DNA from: Amoebidium appalachense
Taxonomy: Eukaryota; Protista; Ichthyosporea
Assembly: GCA_963693365.1 (NCBI GenBank)
Contig: CAVNZM010000010.1
Location: 2,480,001 to 2,544,000 of the forward strand
Direction: 5' to 3'
DNA length: 64,000 nt
In this document: positions 30,443 to 42,409 of the stretch, piece after piece
How positions within the stretch are numbered: the first letter of the stretch is position 1
How the letters are laid out: each line of letters opens with the position of its first letter
Translations under genes and position numbers: made by a program
The notes under the pieces: generated by a model
What the model was told of the DNA's origin: nothing
Databases searched by the model: none
Seen by the model: the letters and a program-made list of their open reading frames with translations, nothing else

Positions 30443-31161
30443 TGTCGTGTCACGCCCTAGCGTGTACACGAACTACTCTAACTAACTGCACGCTTAAAGG
30501 GGCTTGAAACTGTGTATACGTATAAACTTTTCTTTGAGTTGGGTGGGAAGCGAGCAAAACGTGTTCTCAGAAGAACTTCGAAAAGCCCGCGACCCCGCGA
30601 GACACTTCACAGACACGCGGCCCACTGGCCAGACAAATACCACAGTGACATTCAGCCAATCACAACACTCCCTCCCCCACAGGCTACACGCACTCCACAC
30701 CATTGGCTACCGCCACCTCAGACACCCCTACAGCACTACAACACGTACACACCTTTACTCACAATACATATAAGCATACACACACGCGAGCAGGCAACAT
30801 GGGTCTCGCCAAGCACACAGCAAGAAGCAATACAACATTTAACATGGAGAGTACGCAGAGGCACGGAGCATGCACGCGCGCACCAAACAATCAGCCGCCG
30901 CTGCATCGGAGTCTCCCCATACCACTGAATGATCTCCCCATACCCCTTTTAGACCCCGGAATCACTATGCAAGAAAACCCCGAACTTCACTCACCAAAAC
31001 ACAAAATATAGAAGCAAACTAATACGAATCAGCTCAGCACATGACAACTCCCCCCTCGCACAGAAAATAACTGAGTTCCACCTCAGTAAAATCTACCTAA
31101 AAACAAAATAAAGTTATGTGCTGAGCGACTACAACTACCGCTACCCATGCAGGAAGCAACA
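30443..31161 (+). repeat. LTR of family A (possible 5' LTR of a non-coding element reaching ~41992)
   Basis: TG...CA termini, matches 21744-22468 (inverted) and 41790-41992; flanks ATCAG/TTTAA are not a TSD; no PBS recognised. Confidence 0.8.
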
Positions 31162-32440
31162 TTTAACATATAACATAAAACATATACATGCATCCACACA
31201 CCACACCACCATGGTTAATACCCAACCCAACCCCAAAACAAGGATAATTATGAAACGCCACTGACGTTGCCCTGTAGATGCACCTCTGCCCCCGTCCACA
31301 ACCTGCACCCAAAACCCCATGCCCCTGGCAAAATGTTATATCGAGTGGAACATAGCAACTTTGAACAGACATGATAACAGACACCATCCATACAACCACA
31401 TTCAGCATGCCCCATCCACAAAGTATTCCTAGCAAAACCTAACATGCCGTGACGAACACCTCCAGACTCATGTGACGTACACCTCCAGACTCTCTTGCTG
31501 GCCCTTCCTCTACCCGACAAAGACTCCTGCTACGTAGGTCCCGGTGGTTTGGGAATGCCTCCGCCCCAACCGTGCCCTATGACATATACTAATCCGTCTC
31601 AGCAGATTAGCCTAAGTCTACGATCAAGATCGGGGGGGGGGGGGGGGGGGGGTGGCCCGGGTCCACAGATCATCAAGATCAAGTCCGGGGCCTCAAGATA
31701 GCTGAACAGCTGCGTGCATCTTGCCTCTGCCGGCGCAGGGCATTGGACCACGTCAGCCGGGACAGCCGTCCAATAGAATTCTAATTAGTGTGTAGGATAG
31801 ATCGTAGGAGGACTTAGGAATGTGATTGTTCGGGCAGAAGCCCTTTTGTAAGGATTGGCAAGGTTTGATAGTATATGTTGCCAAGCGTATTTATATATGT
31901 AGATGTAGAGGAAAGGGGGGGAGGGAGGGGGGGGAGGATAGTATGAAATGTAGATTTAGACTCTGCGGTGCCACTAGGGGAAGGGTGAGGGGTGAGACTT
32001 GGATAAATATATTAGTTGAGTAGATCGACTTAGCTCGTGCAGGCGCACGATAAAAGTAGAGGTTTTATTTGTGGAAATTATTGACATAAATATTTTTCTG
32101 GGTAAACACGTAGGATGGGTGTTCGGTACCAACATAACCATGTAGGCTTCATTTCGTGTTTTAGCAGTTAGCGGTTGGCTGCCCGCACACGGGCACCTAT
32201 TAGCCAGTCAAAACATCAGATACCACAGATCACTAGACCGAGTTATGATTGGCTCGGATCAGATTTCACATATCACTAGATCGATTTTTGATTGGCTCAG
32301 ATCGGTAGGCTTAGGTATATAAGCACGACAGTTTTTAGCAGATCAGCAAGCTACAAACACATCTTCTGTGTTTAGCATCCACAGCCTTACAGCTATATAT
32401 TCCTTTTTCATTCTCCCTATCTTTCCCTACGCCGGTCAGC

Positions 32441-33610
32441 ATGCCGCCGAAAAAGCGCCAGGCCTCAGCCGCCGCCCCTGCCGCGGCACCTAAGCGCCTG
32501 ACCCGCAGCGACCTCCGCCACAGGCTGACCAACGCTCCCGCGGACACTGACGCGCCTCCAGCGGCCCATACCACCACGGACCCGGACCCGCCGGCTACTC
32601 TCCCCTCCACTCCTGAAGTCCCCCCTCAGGCCCCGCCGTCCCCGCAGATGACTTCTCAAGACGCCGTCCTGGCCGCCCTCACCGCCATCAGCACCCAGAT
32701 GGCTGGCGTCCTGGCTGCTCTCACCAACCGCGACCCTCCCGCGCCCCCCGCCGCGCCTTCCACACCCGGGGAGGTTTCCCCGGGGCTGCATCTCGGCCCT
32801 GACCTAGACCTACCTGCCCTGCCCGCGCCCCCCATCACAGGTGAGAACACTGGCGACATTCAGCCGGGCACACTCCCGCTTCCCCCCGCGGATGTGCTGG
32901 CAGATTTGCGCGCCAATCGTTTCGTCGACCTGTATAAGTTCACCCCCGCCGCCCTCCTGGCCCCATCCAAGAAAGGTCAGCATCTGCGCATGGCCGACGA
33001 CGGCAGCATCGAGACTTTTCGCCAAGACAAACCCGTTCCCCTGCGTTCACTCGTCATTTGGATCCAAGCTTGGACCCATTACATGGCCGCCAAGCACCAC
33101 CTCGGCCTCCCCACGGACAAAGACGTACTTTGGACTCAGCACATCACTCGCCTCAGCACCCGATACCCGTGGGCCCAGATCCACAACTATGACGTATACG
33201 CCCGCACCGTTGCCCACCAGCAGGGTCGGGCTCCGATCGAGTGTCCCAACCTGCTCGCCCAACTCCACCAGGATCTCCTCCTGCCACCCACTCTGCTCAT
33301 CCCGGACGCATGTCAGCGCTGTGGCTTCCCCGACCACCCCAGCGCAGCCTGCCCCATGTACCCCAAGCCCGGCTGTGGTCTTGACGACTTTAAGCCGCCC
33401 CACAAGCCCGGCGGGGGTCAAACCCCTAACCGCCCTGGCCCGCAACCCGGCCCGGCAAAACCGGCCCGACCCGTGGATCTACCCGCGACGCACTGCAGGA
33501 ATTTCCACATTAACGGTCGGTCCTGCGCTAAGCAGCCCTGCCCCTTCTCCCACGTGTGCCCGCTCTGCTCTGGCACACACCCCCGCAAAGACTGCAAGCA
33601 CAATGCCTAG
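32441..33610 (+). CDS. gag: Ngaro Gag-like protein
   Basis: Open 389-aa ORF with CQRCGFPDHPSAAC zinc knuckle and C-terminal CRNF..C...C.F.H.C..C...H....C finger. Confidence 0.88.
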   Translation: MPPKKRQASAAAPAAAPKRLTRSDLRHRLTNAPADTDAPPAAHTTTDPDPPATLPSTPEVPPQAPPSPQMTSQDAVLAALTAISTQMAGVLAALTNRDPPAPPAAPSTPGEVSPGLHLGPDLDLPALPAPPITGENTGDIQPGTLPLPPADVLADLRANRFVDLYKFTPAALLAPSKKGQHLRMADDGSIETFRQDKPVPLRSLVIWIQAWTHYMAAKHHLGLPTDKDVLWTQHITRLSTRYPWAQIHNYDVYARTVAHQQGRAPIECPNLLAQLHQDLLLPPTLLIPDACQRCGFPDHPSAACPMYPKPGCGLDDFKPPHKPGGGQTPNRPGPQPGPAKPARPVDLPATHCRNFHINGRSCAKQPCPFSHVCPLCSGTHPRKDCKHNA

Positions 33611-33887
33611 TCTTCGCGCACACCCACACACACCGCTAGAACATAGGGGTTAGGAGCTAGGACACACGAGTACAGGGAAACGGAGCTCGGGAGAACGGGC
33701 CAATAGGGCTGAGTACAAAATTTCGCAGGCCAACTACGGCGCCCGCGCGCGTCAAGAATAAATGTCCCTACACAAAGACGTTTATTCTGGCCACTGCACA
33801 TAATTTTACTCCCCCCCCCATCCCACGAGCCTCCCCCCCCCCCTTACACTCACCTAGCACTCCCTCCCCCCCCCTTCTTCTACCTCT

Positions 33888-34002
33888 GTGTCCGCCCACA
33901 CCCCCGCGTGCTCGGGCACATTCCCCTGCACAGGGCCCCGCTGCCCTCCCTGCCCACCCTCACTTGGGCCCAGCTGCCCTACTCTAACCCCCCGGGGCCC
34001 TG

Positions 34003-34043
<41 letters not shown>

Positions 34044-35726
34044 CTGCGGGGATCTCCCCAAGGGTACACCACCCTTGCTAACCACCCCTTCCCCCGAGGC
34101 TCAGACCCGGAGGCCCGCCCGCTGCCCCAGCACCACATTGACACCTCCCGCCTCCGGGAACTGCTGGCCTCCTACCCGGACCAACCATTCGCCACACAAC
34201 TCCTCCACGATGTCGAATTCGGCGTCGACATCGGCTATCGCGGCCCCTCCACCTCTCGGGTGGGCCCCAACCTACCCACCACCCCGGAGGCAGCTGCCGC
34301 TATCACGGTGGATATTGCCAAAGAAGTCGCCCTCGGCCACCTGCGCGGCCCCCTCTCCCCGGCCCAATTCTTTGACGAATTTCCGGTCCACCGCTCCTCC
34401 CCCATTGGCGCCGTTACCAAGAAAGGGAACCCCCCCAAGTACCGTCGAATCCACCACCTCTCCTGGCCCCGGGGTAGCAGTGTCAATGACAGCATCACCT
34501 ACCCCGACGAACTTCAGTACATTCGCGCCCGGGATGTCACCCAACTCATTCTCGACGCAGGCCCCGGCTGCTACATGGCCGTGGCAGATGTGCAGGCTGC
34601 CTTCCGGCACATGCCCATCCGACCGGAAGACCACCACTTAATGGCATTCAAATGGCAAGGGCATTTTTACGTTGAAACCAGACTGCCCTTCGGCCTGAAA
34701 TCTAGCCCAGCCATCTGGGAACGGATCGCGGCCACCCTACAGTGGCTGGCACACCAGCACGGTATTACCCTCATCCGCCACTACGTAGACGACTGGATTA
34801 TAGTCGCCCCCACACAAGAGCAGTGCCAACGTCACCTATCCACCTTCCTGCAACTCTGCCGAGAGCTGCACATTGCCATCTCCGAAGACAAGATGCAGGG
34901 CCCGGCTACCCGTGTCGTCTTCATCGGTATCGAATTCGACTCCATCGCCATGGAGGCACGAATCCCGGCTTCCAAGCTCTCGGACCTACTCGACCTCACT
35001 TCCCACCCAAAGCCCACCATCACCATTCGGGACCTCCAGTCCCTCCTCGGCAAACTCACCTGGTGTGCCCAGCTGGTTCCCCCCGGGAGGGCCTTCTCCC
35101 AGCGCCTATGGGCCCTTCTCCGGACCCACCCACACCTTGCCGGCCACCACCACATACGACTGACTGCTGCCGCCCGGGCCGACATAGCCGAATGGCACCA
35201 GTTCCTCACATCATGGAATGGGGTGCACCTCATCACACCCCCCACATACACCACCCTGGCCACTGATGCTGCCGGATCGGTGGGTCTAGGTGGCCACTGG
35301 CTCGACCAATGGTTCTTCATGCCCTGGTCCCCCTCCACCCAAGCCCTCTATGCTCATGAGGGTAAACTCGGTTCTTCCGTCATCGAACTCCTGGCCATCG
35401 CAGCCGCCGTGGCCCTCTGGGCCCCCTCCTGGTCCACCCACCATGTCCGTATTTTATGCGACAACACGGGTGCTGTGTCTGACCTGCACTCCCGGTCTTC
35501 CCCCCACCCCGTGATGGCCAAACTTATTCGGTTCATCACCCGCATGGAAATGCAATACCAATTTACGTTACAGGCATCCTACCTACCAGGACCCCTCAAC
35601 CATCTGGCCGATGCCATTTCTCGTAACCAACTTCCCCGGGCCCGACGACTCCGACCTTCCCTGCAACCGGAGCCCTGCCCCTTCCCCTCCTGGGTCCACG
35701 AGTTCCTATCCCTTCCCTTGGGCTAA
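33888..35726 (+). CDS. Ngaro reverse transcriptase / RNase H
   Basis: KYRRIHHLSWP, ADVQAAFR, LPFGLKSSP, YVDD; RH TDAA, IELLA, CDN, ADAISR; no early ATG. Confidence 0.93.
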
Positions 35727-35780
35727 CCCCCCCCCCCCCCCCCCCCCCCAGATCTCCCGTTCCGGAGCAACACTGGCAGA

Positions 35781-36812
35781 TTGGCCCCCCACTTTGCTCC
35801 GGCCGAGCTGCTTCGAGCCACCACTACCCTGCAGGAATGCCAGGCCCTGAGTCTCAACCTCGACTCTCGGGCCTTTTACTCCCGGGTGCAAAAAGTGTTC
35901 ATCGATTTCTGTGTGGCATCTCGGCTGCAATCCTCCTCCGGGTCCTCCCTCCCGGCCTCCCCACACACCGTGCAACTTTTTCTCGCCTGGTGTGCCCAAC
36001 GAGGGGTACAGGCCTCTTCCTTAACCGGCTACAATTCGGCCATCACCAGGCTCCACCTCGACATGGGCCTCCCTGCTCCCTACCCCCACGACAAGTCTCT
36101 GGCCTGGTTCCTACGGGGGGTGGGCCGATGGCAGCTTTCTCACAACATCCGACCCCGCTCATCCACCAGGGAACCCCTCCTCCCCTCCCACCTCCGCCTA
36201 CTCCATGGCCAGTGCCCCACCAAGGCCTCCTCGGCCAATCTCCGGCTATGGACGGCCCTCATCGTCGGTTTCTGTGGTCTCCTCCGTTCAGGGGAATTTA
36301 CCTCCAAGACCCTGACTTCTTTCGACCCGTCCCGTCACGTTAAACGGAAGGACGTGACCTTCAGCTACACCCCCACCGGTACTTTGTCCCATGCCACCCT
36401 CCACCTGCCAACCTCTAAGACGGATGTACAGGCCCGAGGTGTCAACGTCACCCTAGCTGCCCTGCCCCTCACCCACTTCTCCCCAGCCCATCTCCTCCGG
36501 CAGTTCCTGGATACAACGTCCGGTCAACCCGACGACCCCCTCTTCAGTCTCGGTGGCATCCCCTACACCAAGAGTGCTTTCTCTGCCGATTTCCGTGCCC
36601 TCCTCTCCCGGGCAGGCCCCTCACCCTCCCGGTTTGCCGGACACAGCCTCCGCATCGGGGGGGCCACAGCACTGGCTGAGGCCGGGGTCGACGACTCCCG
36701 GATCAAACAACTCGGCAGGTGGTCCTCCGACTGCTTCCTGATCTATACCCGACTTCGTCCGGCCTCCATTGCTGCCACCACCACACGTGTATTCGCCTCT
36801 ATTCTTAAGTGA
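35781..36812 (+). CDS. Tyrosine recombinase
   Basis: GLLRSGEF, SKTD, GHSLRIGGAT, LGRWSSDCFLIY catalytic motifs (R-K-H-R-W-Y) all present; no early ATG. Confidence 0.94.
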   Translation: MAPHFAPAELLRATTTLQECQALSLNLDSRAFYSRVQKVFIDFCVASRLQSSSGSSLPASPHTVQLFLAWCAQRGVQASSLTGYNSAITRLHLDMGLPAPYPHDKSLAWFLRGVGRWQLSHNIRPRSSTREPLLPSHLRLLHGQCPTKASSANLRLWTALIVGFCGLLRSGEFTSKTLTSFDPSRHVKRKDVTFSYTPTGTLSHATLHLPTSKTDVQARGVNVTLAALPLTHFSPAHLLRQFLDTTSGQPDDPLFSLGGIPYTKSAFSADFRALLSRAGPSPSRFAGHSLRIGGATALAEAGVDDSRIKQLGRWSSDCFLIYTRLRPASIAATTTRVFASILK

Positions 36813-38279
36813 AACCTTTGGAGCAAGCATACTGCTCTCGTGCCGTGGTTTACAACCATTGCAGGTTCACTTTCGTCCAAGGGGATGTCCCCCTAGAGGC
36901 AACACACGTCCCGGAGTAGTTTTCATAGAGGTTTTTATTTGTGGAAATTATTGACATAAATATTTTTCTGGGTAAACACGTAGGATGGGTGTTCGATACC
37001 AACATAACCATGTAGGCTTCATTTCGTGTTTTAGCAGTTAGCGGTTGGCTGCCCGCACACGGGCACCTATTAGCCAGTCAAAACATCAGATACCACAGAT
37101 CACTAGACCGAGTTATGATTGGCTCGGATCAGATTTCACATATCACTAGATCGATTTTTGATTGGCTCAGATCGGTAGGCTTAGGTATATAAGCACGACA
37201 GTTTTTAGCAGATCAGCAAGCTACAAACACATCTTCTGTGTTTAGCATCCACAGCCTTACAGCTATATATTCCTTTTCACCCACCCACCTACACCCACAC
37301 ACAACCCCCATTGATCCACACATACGTGCTGTTTTTTCACGGGGCGAAGACTTCCCCCGTTTTTTGGGCACATGGACCTCACGGATCAATAAATTGATGA
37401 CTGGGGGCTTGCCGTGGTTTACAACCATTGCAGGTTCACTTTCGTCCAAGGGGATGTCCCCCTAGAGGCAACACACGTCCCGGAGTAGTTTTCATAGTCT
37501 TCTTTTTCCTCTCCATCCCTGAAGGGTGACTCAGGAGAGGAACAACTTTCGTCCCAATTCACCCCGATGGGACCCACACCGTCCCCTCCCCCACCCCCAA
37601 AAATCACCCCTGAGATTGCAGCAGGGGGAGGGTGTTCTACCCTGATCTGACGTCCCACCGGCGCCACCTGCCCCCACTAATGCACTACTCATCAGGACCC
37701 CGCCGGAGGGCACCCCCCTACCAAGCACAGATGAGTGGCACTAGGGCAGAGGGGAGCAAAGTGACAGTGCAAGAGAGAAACGGAGCGCAAAGAGAAAAAG
37801 GGGAGAGAGAGGAAGGAGGGGGAGGAGAGAGAGAGACAAGGCGGAAAGGGGGAGAGGGAAGAGAGGACAGCAGAAAGGTGGGGCCCAGCTAGGACTCACA
37901 GGATAAAGGAGAGGGGGAGGGAAGAAGAGGAGGGGAGAAGGGAGAAGTAGGGGGAGGAGGAGGGCGAGGCGAAGGAAGTACAGAGGGAAAAAAAGGAAAA
38001 GAGAGAGAGGCGCAGATGGGGGGGGAAGGGGAGGGGGGGAGGGGAGGGGAAGGGAGGCGGAGGAGGAGGCACGAGCCGCGCCAGGGCCAGGGAGGAGGAA
38101 GTGGGCCGCGGTCTGGTGAGTTTATAATATGAAAGGTTAACTCTCGGAAGGGAAGAGGGAGGGGGGAGGAGAGAGGGGAGGGGGAAGGGGGGAGAGGAGA
38201 AGGATTGGGGAAAGGGGAGTAGGTGAGGGGAAGAGGCAGGGAGTTGAAGGGAAAAAGGAGAGAAAGAGAAGGAATGAGG

Positions 38280-39948
38280 TAGAGCAGGATTTAGTTTATC
38301 TTGTTCTGGGCCAGACGGACACGAGTTTGGGTCCCGACGGCACTTGTGCCTGAGGTTTTGCATATGGTGCATGAGCATCCCATGGCTGGTCATTTAGGTG
38401 TAAATAGGACGTTGCTTCGTGTTAATCGTTCGTATTTTTGGCCGGGTATGAGTAGGGAGGTGAGGGATTATGTGTTGTCATGCATGCATTGTCAGGAAAG
38501 GAATGAGAGTCCCCACTCTCGTTCCCGCCCGTCGTTTATTAGGGATTTTAATGTTCGTATGTTTGAAAGGGTAGCAGTGGATGTGGTCGGTCCTTTTAAT
38601 TCTACGGTTGAGGGTAACACTGTTCTTGTTACCGTCACCGATGTGGCCACTCGTTGGGTTGAAGTTTTTCCTCTCCCCACTGCTAATGCCGTTTTGTTTG
38701 CTCGTATTTTTGTGGATGAAATTTGTCTTAGGTTTGGTTGTCCTCGTGTTTTGTTAACGGATAGGAGTCGTGTGTTTTTAAATCAGTTGGTGTCGGAGGT
38801 GTGTAAAATTTTAAGGGTAGCTCATATCACTACGTCTGCATATCACCCTCAAGCAAAGTGCCATCTCTGAACGTGTGCATGCAGTGTTTCAGAAGTCCTT
38901 TGGCAAAATGGTGGATGTGGAGGCTAATGATTGGGATCATATGTCTAGGTTTATTGCTCATTCATATAATTCTACCCCTCATGCTGTGACTGGTTTTTCT
39001 CCGTTTTATTTGGTCTATGGGCAGGAGGCTATTAGTTTGTTAGATACGGCACTTTTGCCGATGGGGGGGGCTGACCGACTAACTTATCCCCACTGGACTG
39101 AGTTCCGGGAGCAGCTACTAACCCGGGCCCGGGCTGCACGTGATGCAGCTCTGGCCCGTACACAGCAGGCACAGGCACGTACAGACGTGTCCACACGTCC
39201 GTTACGTGAATTTGCCGAGGGTACTTTAGTTTTAATTAGGGATCATACTAGGAAAAAGAGATATAAGCAGGAGCAGGAAGGTAAGGGTGAAGGTGAAGGT
39301 CTTCGTAAGTATGGTAAGAAATGGTTGCCTCTTTTTATCGGTCCGTATAAAATAGTGGCTAGGTTAGGTCCGACGGAATATAAGGTGCAGAGGTTAGATA
39401 ATGAGAGTGATGTTAGATTTTATAATGTAGATGATATAAAGGAATATTATGATAGGGCCCTTAGGGTTAAACGGCCGGAGGGCCGTCGAGTGTTAGATGC
39501 ATTCACCCCCGACTATGACGGGTCGGTGGATGTATCGGAGGCTGCAGTAGATAAAATTATGGATAAAAAGGTTATCGAAGGTAAGGAAGGTAAGGTAAAT
39601 TATTATTTAATTCGTTTTGGGGGAGGTTATCAGGAAGATCAGTGGTTGCCTGAGTTTCATTTGGATTGCCCGTTTTCTATTCGTGCTTATGAGGCTAGAT
39701 TAGTGCAGAGGGAGTTGCCTAGTGCTCCCTCTAGGCCAAAGAGAGTTCAAGTTATTCCTCAGTTTAATCGTGGTGTGAAAAAGTCGATGGGGGAGGGGGC
39801 CGGGGGGGGAGTGATGCAAATACACGTAGACACACGGGGGGAGGGGGAGGGGGGGGAGGAGACCGAGGAGGAGTGTGAACGTAGTCGTAGGAATTTAATT
39901 TATTATCATAGGTGTCTCCGTAGGTATCAAGCTTATGGTGTAGATTAA
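38280..39948 (+). pseudogene. Gypsy-2 integrase + chromodomain, frameshifted near 38860
   Basis: VHEHPMAGHLG...CMHCQ, VDVVGP, TDR, YHPQ | ERVH, GPY, VDKIMDKK...YLIRFGG...QWLPE. Confidence 0.9.
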
Positions 39949-40082
39949 TTTATTATTTTTCTTCGTAATTTATTTATTTTAATTTTTTTTTGGGAGACTG
40001 ATTAGTCTATGTCTTTTTAGGGGGTGTTAGATGTAATGTGACTGAGGTGGGACTCAGCTTTTCCGGGGGCCGGGGGGGGAGT

Positions 40083-40797
40083 TGACATATACTAATCCGT
40101 CTCAGCAGATTAGCCTAAGTCTACGATCAAGATCGGGGGGGGGGGGGGGGGGGGGTGGCCCGGGTCCACAGATCATCAAGATCAAGTCCGGGGCCTCAAG
40201 ATAGCTGAACAGCTGCGTGCGTCTTGCCTCTGCCGGCGCAGGGCATTGGACCACGTCAGCCGGGACAGCCGTCCAATAGAATTCTAATTAGTGTGTAGGA
40301 TAGATCGTAGGAGGACTTAGGAATGTGATTGTTCGGGCAGAAGCCCTTTTGTAAGGATTGGCAAGGTTTGATAGTATATGTTGCCAAACGTATTTATATA
40401 TGTAGATGTAGAGGAAAGGGGGGGAGGGAGGGGGGGGGAGGATAGTATGAAATGTAGATTTAGACTCTGCGGTGCCACTAGGGGGAGGGTGAGGGGTGAG
40501 ACTTGGATAAATATATTAGTTGAGTAGATCGACTTAGCTCGTGCAGGCGCACGATAAAAGTAGATCGGAATGTTAATGGAATGTGGCATCGTAGGGGGCC
40601 AGGTGATGATGATCTTTGAGGGCACGGCCTTGATGGCCTCAGTCGTAACTTAGACTCATTCCGTACGGATCTAAGTTTGCCCGTCGGAGCCTGGTCTGAA
40701 TAAACTTTACCGTTTTTCTGCACACGTTCGTTCCTTTTCGTGTGTGTACACTTAGTAGAGTGCTGCGTCTCTAGTACACATACATTAGGATACGACA
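40083..40797 (+). repeat. 3' LTR of gypsy-2 (715 bp)
   Basis: TGACAT...CGACA; first ~480 bp repeat 31580-32059. Confidence 0.92.
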
Positions 40798-41761
40798 CCC
40801 TACCCAGCGGTGTGTCTAAGGCCTACAGCTGCACTGGGCACAACACTACTCAACAACACTACGGGCAGCCACTCCAAAGGGCCTCAACACCAGGCCCAGG
40901 GCAGCCACTCCAAGGGGCCTCAGCACCAGGCCCTTTGACGACGGGGGTTCACAACAGTGGGGGCCTGCCAGTGCCACTGCCATGACTACACCTCGACCCC
41001 CCCCCCAGCCCCCTCGTCAGAGGGCCGAGCTCCCAGACAGCAGCAGGACTTTCTATTCCACTGACCCTAACCACACACGTCGCCAACACAGGACTCTTAC
41101 ACACGTCGAAAACGCCAGGCACCAGTAGAAAACTCGCCGAAAAATAACACCACACAACAGTTACTCCCATAGTATTACAACAACGTTGAACAACCCAAGA
41201 GATGGCCTACCCCCGAATAAAACCTTCATACCAGCAACACGGTCACCGACGTCCCTGCCCCCCACGACGGGGCTGTTTACACCACGCGTTGCCCCCGCTC
41301 CTTGCAGTTGTCACAGGTGCCTGGGAAAGAGCCTGGCGCCGGCTCTTGCGGTCCCGCCCAAAGACGCCAGCCTGGCCCATCTGTTATCCCGTTGTGGCCG
41401 TGGCTGGTAGGGCTGGTAGCGCCGTGGGGAGGGTGACCGCCGCCGGTCCCCTCTGAGGCCTCTGCTGGGCAAACGGCCCTGAGCTTGCTAAGCCACCTAG
41501 GGAGGTCAAGGTCCTTAGTGAGGACTAAGTCCCCTGTGATACTAGCTAGTCTTACTGCTCATGATGCCTATGCCAACTGTTGCTACTCTGTAGGTCTGTG
41601 TGTGCGTATGTTTCTTCTACCTCTAACCGTCGAAAAAGTCCTAAGTCAAAACCACTCATAACCGCTAGTCCTGAAAAAAAAAACTAGGGGTGAAAGCAAC
41701 AGCCCAGAAGGACTAACAGTGCGTGTGCCCCCTCCCTGCAAAAAACTGCAGAGGAAGGGGG

Positions 41762-41992
41762 TGTAGCTTGTCGTAGCTACAAACAGAGTGTATACAAACT
41801 ACTCTAACTAACTGCACGCTTAAAGGGGCTTGAAACTGTGTATACGTATAAACTTTTCTTTGAGTTGGGTGGGAAGCGAGCAAAACGTGTTCTCAGAAGA
41901 ACTTCGAAAAGCCCGCGACCCCGCGAGACACTTCACAGACACGCGGCCCACTGGCCAGACAAATACCACAGTGACATTCAGCCAATCACAAC
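41762..41992 (+). repeat. Truncated family-A LTR preceded by a polypurine tract
   Basis: AGAGGAAGGGGG then TG; ~41797-41992 matches ~30471-30666; first ~30 bp differ from the other copies. Confidence 0.78.
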
Positions 41993-42409
41993 GGGACGAG
42001 GGGTGAAGCAGAACTTCTGCTGCTTCACCCCCCGTCCCCCCAGACCCCGTCCCCCCAGACCCCCTCTCTCTCTGACCCACGCCGTCCCCCCGGACGCCGT
42101 CCCCCCAGACCCCGCGCGGGCCGGGTCGGGCGCCGTGCTCCGGGCTCCGGGCTCCGGGCTCCGGGCTCCGGGCCTGGCGGCCCTTCGCGATTCGATTCGA
42201 ACCTTACCAAGTCCATCGCCCAATCCAATATTGGAATAGTCACGTGGCCTGGTAACTTTGAGATCACACCACACCAAACCACCTCCGATCCGATCGCGAT
42301 CAATCTATTTCCCACTTCCCACCTTTTTCACTTAAAATCGAAAAAGAGAAAAAAAAAAGAGACAAAACAAACGATACAGCATTACCTACCTTTAAGTGGG
42401 AAAGTGGCC

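Larger units (their letters stand above)
32057..37497 (+). mobile_element. Ngaro-like tyrosine-recombinase (DIRS-order) retrotransposon
   Basis: Split direct repeats A1 32057-32410, B1 36841-36928, A2 36926-37279, B2 37410-37497; TAG at both ends and at the B1/A2 junction; gag, RT/RH, YR ORFs; no methyltransferase domain seen. Confidence 0.94.
31580..40797 (+). mobile_element. Chromodomain Ty3/gypsy element (gypsy-2), internally deleted and interrupted by the Ngaro-like element
   Basis: 5' LTR part 31580-32059 matches 3' LTR 40083-40797; TSD CCCTA (31575-31579, 40798-40802); G-rich PPT before 40083. Confidence 0.92.
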
